Source: Rhynchobatus australiae (taxonomy: Eukaryota). Taken from it: a DNA stretch of 64,000 nucleotides. Of this stretch, positions 11,801 through 24,229 are shown one piece after another. The DNA lies in NCBI GenBank assembly GCA_034780895.1, contig JAUZTB010000127.1:17703532-17767531 (forward strand), given 5' to 3'. The position numbers and the translations under genes were made by a program. A model generated the notes under the pieces. It was not told the DNA's origin. It made no database searches and was given only the letters and a program-made list of their open reading frames with translations. How positions within the stretch are numbered: position 1 is the first letter of the stretch; each line of letters starts with the position of its first letter.

Positions 11801-14800
11801 TGCTGGATGGAACTATTTGCTGAGCTACGTTTAGTCACGCCATCTATCAAACTGATGGATTTTCAAATGTTTGAGTGCCCTGACAGAATCAAAAAATTTT
11901 AACCAAAAATAACAAACTCTTCACCTAAAGCACTTAAAAAAAATAATTACTGAATAATGGCAAACACAATTTTGAAAACACCATTTTAAAAAAAAAATGC
12001 TGAAAATCTAAAACTAAAAATGCTGGAAACACTCTATAGGCAGGTAACATCTGTACAGCTTGATTTGGAAGTTATTTCCTGTATTAGAGGAGAAAGGAAA
12101 TAAAAAGTTAATATTGCAAATGGATACAACAGAACTGGCAGTTCTGATACAGAGAAAGTAAATCCCCTGAAACTGAATTTAATAAAAAGTCATAACAACT
12201 GCAACATACCTTATGTTCTGTGACAATGTGGTTGTTGGCGATGGATGGAAGAATGGGCCAGGGACCAGTGAAGGATACAAGCCCTTGTGGAATCTGAAAG
12301 GGGTAGGGGAGATGTGTATGGTAGTGGAATCTGAGGTTGATGGAAATTATGAAGATCGACATCAACACATACTTTGGAGATGAAGCAACTGGGAGAGTGG
12401 AATGGAATCTTCAGGTAATGCGGGAGTTTAAGGAAATGGAAAACTACAACAGAAGTAATGAAACTTCTGGTTTCCTTGAGTGCAGCAAGTATTTGTCAGT
12501 ACACAGGGAAATGAATTGAGGGAAGAGTTAGAAGCAGTCTGTATAGGATTGGGAATCAATTGGGGATGGAAAATCTCCCAAGGAAATGAGGTCCATTATG
12601 GTCTGGGAGAGAATGGCCTGATGGTAAGTGGTGGGGTTATGGTCTAGAGGGAGATCTGCGGAGGTCTTTGCTAAAGAGGGGTAAGTTTACTAAACCACAG
12701 CAGCACTCTTGGTGACAAGTTTGATCTGCTGGATATTCCCTACAGCCTGACCTGCATTTCACAACTTCTCCAAGTCCCTTTGTTTTCTCTCCCCTGCTGC
12801 AAATACAGCTGAAAGCATTTGCTTTGGATCCAAAAACGAACAGCACTATATCATTATCAAAACTAAGGATACATCTATAAACGGATACCAGTTTACTCAT
12901 CCATAATATTTCTTAGTTTCCTCTTTTAAAATTCATCCTTCCCCCACCTTCTATTAGGCTTGAATGTGGCAAAATATCATGTTTAGATACCTGCCATGTC
13001 AAAATACTGAAAGAGGAAAGGATGAATTAAAGAGTCAGCTGCAAAGAATCATTTTTCAAATTGTGTTGATTTGGTTTTTGAAAATGATAGTGTTCATTCG
13101 AAAGGATGTAATTGAAAATTATTTTGTACTGATATTTTTCTGGGGAATAACTGAAAGATTACTTCAGCTTAAGATTCTCCAGTCACCGTTTGAATCAAAA
13201 TACAGTTTCCATATTTTCATTGTAGCTTTGTGCATACAGTTGCAAAGTGAATTAAAATATAACTAATTTTCAAGACTTGTTTGATTTATCATAGTTATTG
13301 ATTTGCTTTGGAATTGATGAGCATGGTCAAATCATCCTGGAGTCTGGTGTTTATTCTTTTAAATTACCATGAAATGCAGTTTGGAAGTGTAATTACAAAG
13401 ATGCCAAAATGCATAAAGTCATGAACATTCCCAATTTATGTGATAATTATTAGTAGAGTTAAGATTTGTGTTAAGATCTGACTGCAGATTACATCTTTCC
13501 GTTATTACAGTGGTTTACCATTTATACCATATCTGGACAATTTGCCACATTTCAATAGGACATCCACTGGACCTGTGCGAGTACCAATTGTAGATAAATA
13601 CAAGGTAAGATTATTAAGGTTATTAAATTCCAAAGGCTTCTTGACAGTGTGGTTTACTATTCTGCATCAATTTTGGCAACAGCAAGGACACGCTCTCTAC
13701 TAGAAGTAGTCTAAAAGGAAAACTGGAGCTGACTGAGTTGATTGGGAGAAGTAAAGTGATGAGTAAATAGGCACTTTTTTTCGCATAAGAGATCAGAAAC
13801 TGGTGCTAATTGGCCACAGTTTTCAAGATCCCTGTTTAGAATTTGAGTGAAATCCAACTTGGTTTGGGAATGATGAATTTAGTGGATGAGGGAAAACGTG
13901 TGGTACTCGGTACAATTGTGCATAAATTAGTTTAAAAACACATGATGTACATTTTTTTTAATGTAGGACATGGGTACTGTGGTTCTGGGCAAACTAGAAT
14001 CTGGATTAATTGGAAAAGGACACCAACTTGTTATGATGCCAAACAAAGTAAGTAAACTTTCATTGTACATGGATATCTATAAAATATGCCATTCAACTTG
14101 TAGTTTCGTGCATTATTTGATTATAGTTGTAAGTATCTGTTCAATTTATCTTTTAGATACCACAGTATTTTTACACTAATATTTTTTTTGAGGAACACGT
14201 TGATCTTTTAAACCAGTGGAACTTTTACTAGTTACTCAAGATATTGGTGGCATGAACATGCTTGAATTTATTACCTGTGCCTGCTTTTCCTGAAAAGCTG
14301 ATGGTCCACAAACTTGTTATCCTTATGCAATGGCTCTTTCAAGAATGTCTTTTAAAACTGTGTAGTGATATACAGGAAAGTGACATCAAAGGTTTTTTTA
14401 AAATGTACATCCGCCTTCATTGTGTTTGAGACTAGTGTTTTGAGCATTGTTTTCTTTTTGAATCTATTAAATGTTTATCTCTCAGTATTCGTTTCCAATG
14501 GGGGAAATGTCCATTCTTTAGTTGATCAGTCAATTCTATAACCCCTATGGTTTGATGTCATTTTTGGGTAAAGTCAGATACCCAGTGGATTGGGGAACAT
14601 GAATATTAAATATGGTGTTCTGTTTTGCAGCATAATGTTGAAGTTCTGGGACTTTTGTCTGATGATGTGGAGACTGATTCAGCAGACCCAGGTGAAAATC
14701 TGAAGATACGACTGAAGGGAATCGAAGAGGAAGAGATCCTGCCAGGATTCATTCTGTGCGATCATGGCAACCTTTGTCACTCAGGACGTACTTTTGATGC

Positions 14801-17758
14801 ACAGGNNNNNNNNNNNNNNNNNNNNNNNNNNNNNNNNNNNNNNAAATGAGAAAAATCTGTTGATGCCATACATGTACTACATTTCATTGAATATTCTGAT
14901 GAATCTTGAACTATAAAAAGTTACCTTTAATCATATTGCATTATCTTGACTTTGGTTGTAGTGTTCAAACTGATTATAAATGTAGTTATGATTTGCTTGT
15001 ACTGTGGTACCCATCTTAAATACCTTGTCCTTGCATACTGTTGCTGCTTTGCAGGTACTGAGTTTAGGGTGCATTGCAGCAAATTGGCATAGTTTTTCCA
15101 ATAGTACCTTCCAAATCAGCAACCTTCTCACTATCCTCAAATGCACTGCACCAGAAGAAGATGCTGTTGATGCCTTGAGCACAAAAAGCCTACAAAATAA
15201 ATGCCACACCTGTCAGAGCAATCACATTTTGAAAATTTATTAAATCGCTGGTGCAACTTGATGTTGCTTTGTCTGAAATCTTGTTTTGTGTTCAAAAGAT
15301 TTGTGTATGTTCAGCTATAGGCATATTCCAGATTTAAAGCACTGTCATTATAAACCATGCGTGCATTTTCTAAAAGAGCTGCTGAAATTAGTGTTAAAAT
15401 ATTTTTTTAATTGCAGATAGTTATAATTGAGCATAAATCAATCATCTGCCCAGGTTACAATGCAGTGCTGCACATCCATACTTGCATTGAAGAAGTGCAA
15501 ATAGCGGTAAGTCAAACATTTTAAGATTCCCGTAAAATTAGATGTCTCCATAATTGGAACGGATTTATAAAGTTTATACTTAAAAAAAACAATTACAAAG
15601 TTAGTATAATATTGGTCTCTGGCATAAATAGGACAGAGCACAAAACTCTTGGGTACCTTTCCAAAGAAACTGAATTCATTTCAGTTTATAAACACCAAGT
15701 AAAAACTATTTTGAAAGTTATTGTGATTCTGTATGAAATAAGTATAATGGATGATAAAATGGGAGCAAATAGCCAGGATGCTATACTGCACCAGTGTTCC
15801 CATTATCACTTTCTTTACATATATTGACTTGGTTAAGTTATCATTAATCTAACCATATATGTGAATATGGTTAAATTTTCTCTTTGGATTCTTTATCTTT
15901 GTCCATATTTCTTGGAATTAGTTATTCATTCCTGCAATCTGCCTTTCCTCCCATTTCCCCAGGTCCTTTGTCTCTGCTTCCACCATTTAATAAGTTCATA
16001 GCTAATGCATATGTACCTCATTGCTGGAAATGACAATGCCTTTGAACAACAGATAATTGATCTTAAAATTAGCTGTTGATCAAGCATCAGTTACAGTTAC
16101 AAACACCTGCCATCCTTGGTGAATGTGTTTTTCCTAACTTCTCTCCCAATTGCTTTTGTTCTGGCTTTTAAAGACTGGACCTGGATCCCTATAGCAGTGA
16201 ATATAATTTTGATATACCCTGTCAATAAGTTCTCTTCATTATTTGAATGAAGTTCAAACAACTCCATTTTCTAAATTCCACAAATAGAATGACTTTGTGC
16301 ACTCCTTTGATTAAGATCTCATATCTTTCACGCCTGTGTACTTTTCCATTGTAGAACCAACAAGTCAGGCTGAGAACTAGAGGGTCCAATAGAAATGTGA
16401 TGCACATGTTTATAGATATTTTCTTTTGCCTGTTACTGCCTCCTCGCCAAGTCCTTGGTAACTTGGATACTTCTGAAAAATGTTGATACATTTCAAGTTG
16501 TCTTCTGTTTTCAAGAAATGCAGGATGAATTCTAGGAATTCTCATTTTTTGATTATAAAAAGTTTACTGGCAGGTTTTATATTATATGTACTGTCTAGAA
16601 CCTTAGCCAGGAATATTTCTTTGAGACATCTTTAAATGTGTTTACAACTTTTGTCTGCCTATTATGGAAATGTGTGACTTCAATGGAGCAACTTGCTTTT
16701 AGGATTATTGTTAATATCTACTGTCAGCATTCTCTGGTATGAATCTATCCTAGCGCTCAAATATTAGTCCAAGTTTTGAACAATGCATCTACAGTTTGAT
16801 AGGAATTCAGCTTCATGGGAGTGAAACATATAATGTCATTTGATTTTTGGTGGTAACAAAATGTTTATGATGATAAATAATTAACATGCAACTATCTTTG
16901 TCTAGGCCTTAATCTGTCTGGTGGATAAGAGATCTGGAGAAAAAAGTAAGACGCGGCCTCGTTTTGTTAAACAAGATCAGGTTTGCATTGCTCGCTTAAG
17001 GACAGCAGGCACTATCTGCCTTGAGACCTTCAAAGATTTTCCTCAGATGGGGCGTTTTACCTTGAGAGATGAAGGTTAGCTACAGAAATTTTNNNNNNNN
17101 NNNNNNNNNNNNNNNCTGCAGTCTGCCATAGGATTTTTAGACTTGAATTGTTCTGCTTTCTTAGTTCTTTTGATCATCATCTCTGTTCAAGTATTAGGCA
17201 GACAGTAATCTGATCACTGAAACGATTAATTTTAGTTAGCTCATCAAGAGCTAAATTTTATATTCAGTAATTAAGTAAAAACACACTCATTGTAAAAAAT
17301 TTTACCCTTGCATTTTGCCCTGAACAAACTTGTGGAAGTTGTGCATTTATTCTTTAGCAAAGAAAAAGGCAATAAATTTGGAGTTGCCAAGTCAGTTTTG
17401 TGAGTAAAGTGATTTAGTTTTCCTCAAGTTTTGCATATTAAAACCACATAACTAAAGAACTTAGTGGATGAAACTTGTTTCTATATTTTATAGAAAGACT
17501 GACTGTTTGTTTGTACAATGAAATTTAAAGTGGTGTTTCCATGACATTTACATAAATTCCAAGGAAGAATTGAGTTTTGTGCATTATCATTGGTTCTGGT
17601 AAAAATTGAATTGACACTGTTAATAAATAGTAGTTAAGCAAATTTATTGCATCTTGTGTCTCATGGAAGGTCTTAACAAACAATTATTTTTACTTTTTCC
17701 AAAAGGTAAAACTATTGCAATTGGAAAGGTTCTGAAGTTAATCCCTGAGAAGGACTGA
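5763..17758 (+). CDS. GSPT1: Eukaryotic peptide chain release factor GTP-binding subunit eRF3a, 5'-partial, 13 coding exons
   Basis: join(5763-5807,6067-6297,6533-6566,7589-7666,8401-8581,9018-9172,11436-11576,13511-13604,13967-14047,14631-14804,15417-15506,16906-17074,17706-17758) = 1526 nt in one frame with GT-AG introns (one donor runs into a gap). Motifs GHVDAGKS, DAPGH, NKMD and C-terminal [17 protein letters not shown]. Intron-containing and next to RSL1D1, so GSPT1 rather than the retrogene GSPT2. Confidence 0.97.
6067..6297 (+). CDS. GSPT1: GSPT1 exon (ALIENGDTE...[12 protein letters not shown])
   Basis: ttgcag| ... |gtaagt; 231 nt. Confidence 0.93.
6533..6566 (+). CDS. GSPT1: GSPT1 exon ([13 protein letters not shown]-loop)
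   Basis: ccacag| ... |gtaagt; 34 nt. Confidence 0.96.
7589..7666 (+). CDS. GSPT1: GSPT1 exon ([26 protein letters not shown])
   Basis: ttaaag| ... |gtaaga; 78 nt. Confidence 0.96.
8401..8581 (+). CDS. GSPT1: GSPT1 exon ([13 protein letters not shown]...DAPGH...ADLAVL)
   Basis: gcttag| ... |gtaaga; 181 nt. Confidence 0.96.
9018..9172 (+). CDS. GSPT1: GSPT1 exon ([12 protein letters not shown]...[15 protein letters not shown])
   Basis: atttag| ... |gtatga; 155 nt. Confidence 0.96.
9955..10335. mobile_element. Longer, decayed relative of the 26077 MITE
   Basis: Shares the ccccaagttacgacagggtt start and the cagcaggcaaatccatccc ... atctcccaaa ... gtatgt ... taagttagg end. Confidence 0.55.
11436..11576 (+). 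CDS. GSPT1: GSPT1 exon ([17 protein letters not shown]...CSGLTGANL)
   Basis: tttcag| ... |gtaagt; 141 nt. Confidence 0.96.
13511..13604 (+). CDS. GSPT1: GSPT1 exon ([11 protein letters not shown]...PIVDKYK)
   Basis: ttacag| ... |gtaaga; 94 nt. Confidence 0.96.
13967..14047 (+). CDS. GSPT1: GSPT1 exon ([13 protein letters not shown]...MMPNK)
   Basis: atgtag| ... |gtaagt; 81 nt. Confidence 0.96.
14631..14804 (+). CDS. GSPT1: GSPT1 exon (HNVEVLG...GRTFDAQ)
   Basis: ttgcag| ... |g followed by an N gap; 174 nt. Confidence 0.95.
15417..15506 (+). CDS. GSPT1: GSPT1 exon ([30 protein letters not shown])
   Basis: ttgcag| ... |gtaagt; 90 nt. Confidence 0.96.
16906..17074 (+). CDS. GSPT1: GSPT1 exon ([13 protein letters not shown]...[10 protein letters not shown])
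   Basis: gtctag| ... |gttagc; 169 nt. Confidence 0.96.
17706..17758 (+). CDS. GSPT1: GSPT1 last coding exon ([17 protein letters not shown])
   Basis: caaaag| acceptor; TGA at 17756-17758. Confidence 0.96.
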
Positions 17759-20700
17759 AGATCCACTATCTAATGCTGCACAATACTGTGATGAAAAAGG
17801 ACTCAGCAACAGCCTACTTCACGCCTTCTTTTCTTGGTTTTCATAGTTCCTCTGCCCATCAATACTTTTATTTTCCCATGTACTGCAAATTGCTGTAAAC
17901 TTGTCCACATTTTACGTCAGCTTTCTCATATTGAGAGCTCTGCTATGCCATTGTTAAAGCTACCATTTTAAATCCTCCTTCTGAAATCTGCTTTCTTAGA
18001 AATGCGGCAGTAGCTACCTAACTGATGTGGACAGAATTGCCTGCAAAAATAAAATTAAACCAAAAAAGTTTATTTTATTCTGGCATCATTCTCTTTCGTG
18101 CATTCTGGCTCACCTGCGTTTTCCAACCAGATCAGATTATTCAACAGATCAGTGTGAGTGTTCCTGTGTTAGAAAGGAGTCTGTAGAGACAATAAAATCA
18201 ATTTGAAATATTTCTGGCATTTGAATTATTTTAGAAAGGATTCCTATGAAATGAACCTTGCATCTGGTTGTTAGCTAGTTTTCCAGCAAATGATCTTTAT
18301 TTTTTCCTCCCATCCTGAATATGTTCTATAAATTTTTTCATGTATCCACACAGTATGCCCTTTGTGGTATATTTCAGCATTCACAAAAGCATGATGCATT
18401 TTATTATAAATGTTCTACTGCTGGAAAACAAAATATCAATATTTCAGCATTTAAAAAAGGTGCAAGTGAAATAGTTAATTTTGAAGCAATTGCTTCTGTT
18501 CAATTTATGCCATCTCCAAAAGAATCAAATCTTTTCTAAAGGTCTAAAGGTACATAACAGCAATCGGATAGATGATGTGAATTGTTTGGGGAAAACTTCA
18601 GGATTAAAGAACAAATGACTGCTGCATGAGCTTATAGTGTTATATTCCACTTTGAACAGGCAGTATATTAGAGTATCTAGGTTTGATTCTTTTGACTTGA
18701 AATAATATTTAAAATAACAGATTAGAATATCTGTAGCTGAATTTTTATTTTCTTGCTTATAAGTGCATTACATAAACCAGTTAACATGTGGATGCACATG
18801 TAACAACATTGCCACTTTGGGTGGGAATTTCAACACTTGCTACAACTTTCATATCAACTATTAATTTTATAAGGAGTGAATATTTCTTGGATGAGTAATG
18901 AAGAGAAAAAAATCATCTGAAATAGAACCTGCGTGGTTGGTATACAAAATGTGANNNNNNNNNNNNNNNNNNNNNNNNNNNNNNNNNNNNNNNNNNNNNN
19001 NNNNNNNNNNNNNNNNNNNNNNNNNNNNNNNNNNNNNNNNNNNNNNNNNNNNNNNNNNNNNNNNNNNNNNNNNNNNNNNNNNNNNNNNNNNNNNNNNNNN
19101 NNNNNNNNNNNNNNNNNNNNNNNNNNNNNNNNNNNNNNNNNNNNNNNNNNNNNNNNNNNNNNNNNNNNNNNNNNNNNNNNNNNNNNNNNNNNNNNNNNNN
19201 NNNNNNNNNNNNNNNNNNNNNNNNNNNNNNNNNNNNNNNNNNNNNNNNNNNNNNNNNNNNNNNNNNNNNNNNNNNNNNNNNNNNNNNNNNNNNNNNNNNN
19301 NNNNNNNNNNNNNNNNNNNNNNNNNNNNNNNNNNNNNNNNNNNNNNNNNNNNNNNNNNNNNNNNNNNNNNNNNNNNNNNNNNNNNNNNNNNNNNNNNNNN
19401 NNNNNNNNNNNNNNNNNNNNNNNNNNNNNNNNNNNNNNNNNNNNNNNNNNNNNNNNNNNNNNNNNNNNNNNNNNNNNNNNNNNNNNNNNNNNNNNNNNNN
19501 NNNNNNNNNNNNNNNNNNNNNNNNNNNNNNNNNNNNNNNNNNNNNNNNNNNNNNNNNNNNNNNNNNNNNNNNTGGTTAATTTGGTAAGTGTGTAAGGAAA
19601 ATGTTAATTGCTGCTGTATGAAATGCCCTTGCTCTTAATTGGAGAAATGTTGGCTTTATCTTGGTGATCCCACTTGAAGTTGTCCGTTTTGTAACGAAAT
19701 ATCATTGGCAATACACAAGTTGGTGTATGACAGTCCAGCTGTTAAATATGACCACAGTATTGTATAGTATACAAATTTATTGTATGCATTCTTAATCTCA
19801 CAAAATAAAATTTGATTTCATTTCCCTTGGAATATTGTCTCTAACTGCAGAGATATAGCTATTTAATTTTTTTCCATCATGTAACTTATTACGATGAGCA
19901 GAGGGACAGTATGAAGCTTTCATTGAGGCTTCATGTATTGTGATCCTTTCCTGAAACTACATTGATATGCTGTTTTCATACAGGCTGCTGCTTTACCCAG
20001 GTTTTGGAAAGACCCACAGATCTCCAGCATCAGTTGCTAAGTATTTAATACCTAGCAGTAAGGGCAAAACCCTTTTTCATAATCTGCCTTGATCTGTTGA
20101 GCCACTCTGATTTGAAATAGTTTTCTATCCATATTGGGTATTGAAATCTACATTGGTCAATGCATTGTTGAAGACAAGTGCAGTGATAGGTTTAACTTTA
20201 GTTAAGTCTTTGGAAGACTGGCACATGTACGTGTCAAAAATTAGTGACCAACCTGTGCTCAGAAATTCAGCAGTCACCTGATCTAAATGTGTGGTTGTGA
20301 CTGCACGTTGTATTCTGAATTCTGCTTGACCAAAGTTAGTGAAGTCAATTTTCAGAAGTGGATTACAGCTCTCGGCTGCAACTACTTGTGTGCATTCAGT
20401 GCAAATGACTGACAAATTTTCACTTTTATATATCTGTACATACTTGGTTCCACATTCTGTGTTTATGACCTTATGGCAACTGGACTACACAAGTGACCAG
20501 ATGATTTTCTGTGTTACCTTGTTGACATTCAAGATATTGTTCACTGAAGTGCATGGTATTCAATATCTGAAAGCTAGAAGCAGAAAGTTGTATCAACTTG
20601 CTGAATTTCTCCATTTAGCTGAAATACAAGTTGCTGAAAGTGACTTCTTTGTCCATGTTGTACTTATTAGTGTGCTTATAATGCAATGTGTTGTATGATT

Positions 20701-21009
20701 CATTTAATTAACCAAATGATGGAAAGGTAAAGTGATCATAAGACAGTTGTAATATGGGCAAAATTTCATTACAAATAAATTGTGTGCAATGGAACATTTT
20801 TACCTTGGTGAATTCCTAGGGCAATAGTCTTGTGGCAAATGGGTTATTTAACTACATCTGACTGTATAGACAAGTCTTGTGTTGAAATGCTGGCTCTTCA
20901 CAGATGAATGCACATTAATCCAGCCCAAATTTGCTAAATTGACCTTAATTCCCAAGATGAAGTCATATGTTGTGAAATTGTACATCAGCTAGTGTTAAAT
21001 TGCAATAAA
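17759..21009 (+). other. GSPT1: GSPT1 3'UTR with candidate poly(A) signals
   Basis: AATAAA at 18048, 18191, 19804 and 21004; AU-rich, no repeats recognised; true 3' end unknown. Confidence 0.55.
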
Positions 21010-23159
21010 GTTTTGTTGAAGGTGTTCATATGAAATCCTTTATTCATATTCACAGGATCAGAATAGTGGCACGACTAATAAGTTGTTTATTTTCCCCCAA
21101 TGTCATCAGGTTTAGATAGCAAAGAGCTACATATTGCAGACTAGGAAAATCCCAAATGCATTTGCATCTATGCTAAGCTTGTTGATGTCAGCCTTGATTT
21201 AGCGTAGCTAAATTCTNNNNNNNNNNGGAGAGGGAGAAATTATCTAATGACATCTGAAAATGTATCTAATCCATCATTTGTAGAGAGTCTTCCAGAACAC
21301 AGACAAATTTCACAATGGATACTCTGTTTACCAAACCCACTTTAAGAGTTGACTGTTGCGTAAGTGGTGGGAATGGGATAAAATTGTATGTTAGAAAGGA
21401 GAAGTGAACATTGAGGGATGACCTTGACACCTTGACTGGCTTTTTAAATCTATGCTTAATCTATACTCCAGCTGCTTTGACCACCATCTTCCTTCAAAAA
21501 ATGAAATTTGATTCTTATGTCAGTATTTGTATGAGGGGTAAGTGCATTACTGCTGTCGTACTAAAATTAAATAGTTTTCAACTGGCCCCTTGATTTTTGG
21601 TTAAATGAACCAAAAGGGTAACTAATTTTAAATGGAAACGCTTCAACAGAAACATAGGGCCCCTATACAAAAATTTCCAGTCTGAAGTCTTCAAAAGGTA
21701 AATGCTCCACGATCCCTGTGCATTTGAATCTATGGAAGGTAGACAATTTGAAGAATATGTATAATGATCAAAACACTGGTTTCTGTGCTGTATGATTCTC
21801 AATTTTGTACATCCAAAACAATATTTTGCAATAGATCAAGCAATATACAATGTGACAAAAAAAACAGCAAAACCACGTGCTTTGTAACTGCACATGAATT
21901 GTGCAGAATTATTTGCCTAAAATCCATTGTATTGACATCTGTGTCTGATTTTGAAATTTGGTTTGTATTTAATGTTAGGATAAAAGTGAAATGTCCAGTA
22001 GAGAATGTAAATGAAAAAATCATGTGTTCTAGACAAAACTCCAATTGGCAAAATAACCAACCGTTCAATTGTCGTCTTCCATTTTTATTTAAACCATGAC
22101 TCTTATACAGGCCATTTAGCCCATGTCCTTTCTGGCTTTCAAAAATACCATCTGNNNNNNNNNNNNNNNNNNNNNNNNNNNNNNNNNNNNNNNNNNNNNN
22201 NNNNNNNNNNNNNNNNNNNNNNNNNNNNNNNNNNNNNNNNNNNNNNNNNNNNNNTAAAATGTTACAGTGAANNNNNNNNNNNNNNNNNNNNNNNNNNNNN
22301 NNNNNNNNNNNNNNNNNNNNNNNNNNNNNNNNNNNNNNNNNNNNNNNNNNNNNNNNNNNNNNNNNNNNNNNNNNNNNNNNNNNNNNNNNNNNNNNNNNNN
22401 NNNNNNNNNNNNNNNNNNNACTTCAGGTATCTCAGTGTGTGACTGTTAGCGACAAACGTGACTCAATGTGAGAAAATTGACAAAATTTTTTTGATAAATG
22501 TAATATTTCAACAATGACTAGTTATAACATTAAATATTTGATAAACATTTACTATTTTTTTAAAGAAGATGCAAACAGCTTTGGTCATCTATGGCTTGAC
22601 CACATATGGTCCACTTCCTACTGTTTTCTAGCCATACATTTCTAACCATTCTCTGTTGTTTTTTCTACTGTCTTTCAGCTGCAATCTGCTGCAGACCAAC
22701 TCTGTTCCCATTTTCTCTAACTGTACTCTGGTCACATCCCTGGTTACACTCCTGCCCAGCTCCCACCACTGGAAGTGGAGGACTGACAATTCAGGCCGTT
22801 TGCTGTGATTGGACAACTTAAGTGGAACTAGCTGTGTATGGCTACTCTGAGAACCCAATGTGTAAAAAGCAGTGAATCACTCTGCTGTTTATATTCCTCT
22901 GAGCTTTCTCTCTGCAATACTGCTGCTGGAGTGGAGCTACTCCAGAGGACTAATGGGAAATATTTCAACCTAGAGTGGCACCCTCCTGAACCCAAGTGTA
23001 CAGATGTTGTTTCTATTTGTCCATGTTTTGAGGCTGATATCTATGTCACTGTAAGAGGTTCAGTTTTGGCCTAGACGTTAGCAAAGATGCTCAACTACCT
23101 TGCTCTCACTATACAACTCTGTCCTCTCACAATGGTCCATGGTGAGATTTAGGAAAATG

Positions 23160-23850
23160 TATACCACTTCTAGGACCATCTTGGTGAAGACACATCAATG
23201 ATGAGGTTCACCTCAGCCTTTGGACGGTCGCTATAGTCTTCAGTTGTCTGTGGAAAAAAAAGTGTTTGAAGATTAAGACCTCAAATCTGTTGTAAAACTC
23301 ATTGTATGTGTGCCAGCATTGATCCCAGCCATCCTGTAGACTTGTGAGGCTTGGATTACCTATGAGTATCTCATGGCACTAGAAAAATATCATGAATGCT
23401 GCCTTGACAAAATCCTTTAACTCAAAAGAAGGATAGGTGAACCAAAGTCACTATCCTCCAAGCTGAACCTCCCAGCACTGAGGACTTAGTTTCACTCAAT
23501 CAGCTACGTTGCACAGGCCACCTCATCTGTATGTCCTGAAACAGACCTCCTATTGACCTCTATCTATCGACGTGAAGAGATGAAGTCTATAAAGGAAAAA
23601 ATTCAACGATGTGCTCAAAGTCTCCTTGGTAAAAAAAATATGCAACATCTCACCGAGTCCTGGGAATCCCTGGAGGAAGAGCATTCGGGATGAGTCTACG
23701 TGTAGACGGCACACAGAAGCCCCGCATAAGGTGGCTGAAGGAGCGCACAAACCTCCTCCCACCTGCCCTAACTGTGGAAGAACGTACCATCAGCTCAGAA
23801 CCCAGGTACAGAGTGGAAACAAGTCATCCTCGATCCCAGGACCCACCTGA
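23160..23850 (+). mobile_element. RTE-clade LINE 3' fragment
   Basis: Decayed NQLRCTGHL, KFNDVLKVSL and SWESL motifs plus a TCPNCGR zinc-knuckle remnant. Confidence 0.6.
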
Positions 23851-24205
23851 GCAGAAGTATATTGGTTTATTATTGTCACTTGTACCGAGGTACAGTGAAA
23901 AACTTGTCAAAAAACTGAAAATGAAAGTTTTAATATTAACCTGAAACCTTAACTGTTTCTTTCACTAATAGATAATTTCTACGCTGCTGCGTTCTTCCAG
24001 CATTTTATGTTTTGCAGAGAACAGTTAGAAACTTATTGAAATAAGTTTATGGTTATTCACTAAGTTGTGCTTGTGAAGACTTTGTCCTGGGGACCAGGCT
24101 GCTCGCCGCTCCCCCTGGTGGCTGCGGCGCTCGCCCGCAGCAATCGCTGCGCTGTCGATAAAGTTTGGTTGTTGAGAGTTGCGCCGGGCGCCACACGTGA
24201 AGACG

Positions 24206-24229
24206 ATGGAGGCGGTGGATACGGAGCAG
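24206..24229 (+). CDS. RSL1D1: RSL1D1 exon 1 (MEAVDTEQ)
   Basis: ACGATGG start context; CAG|gtacga donor; joins in frame to VRKA. Confidence 0.85.

Noticed and set aside
18933-19595. Long ORFs in the track here, at 22011-22449 and at 48159-49086
   Set aside because: They consist mostly of N-gap translation.
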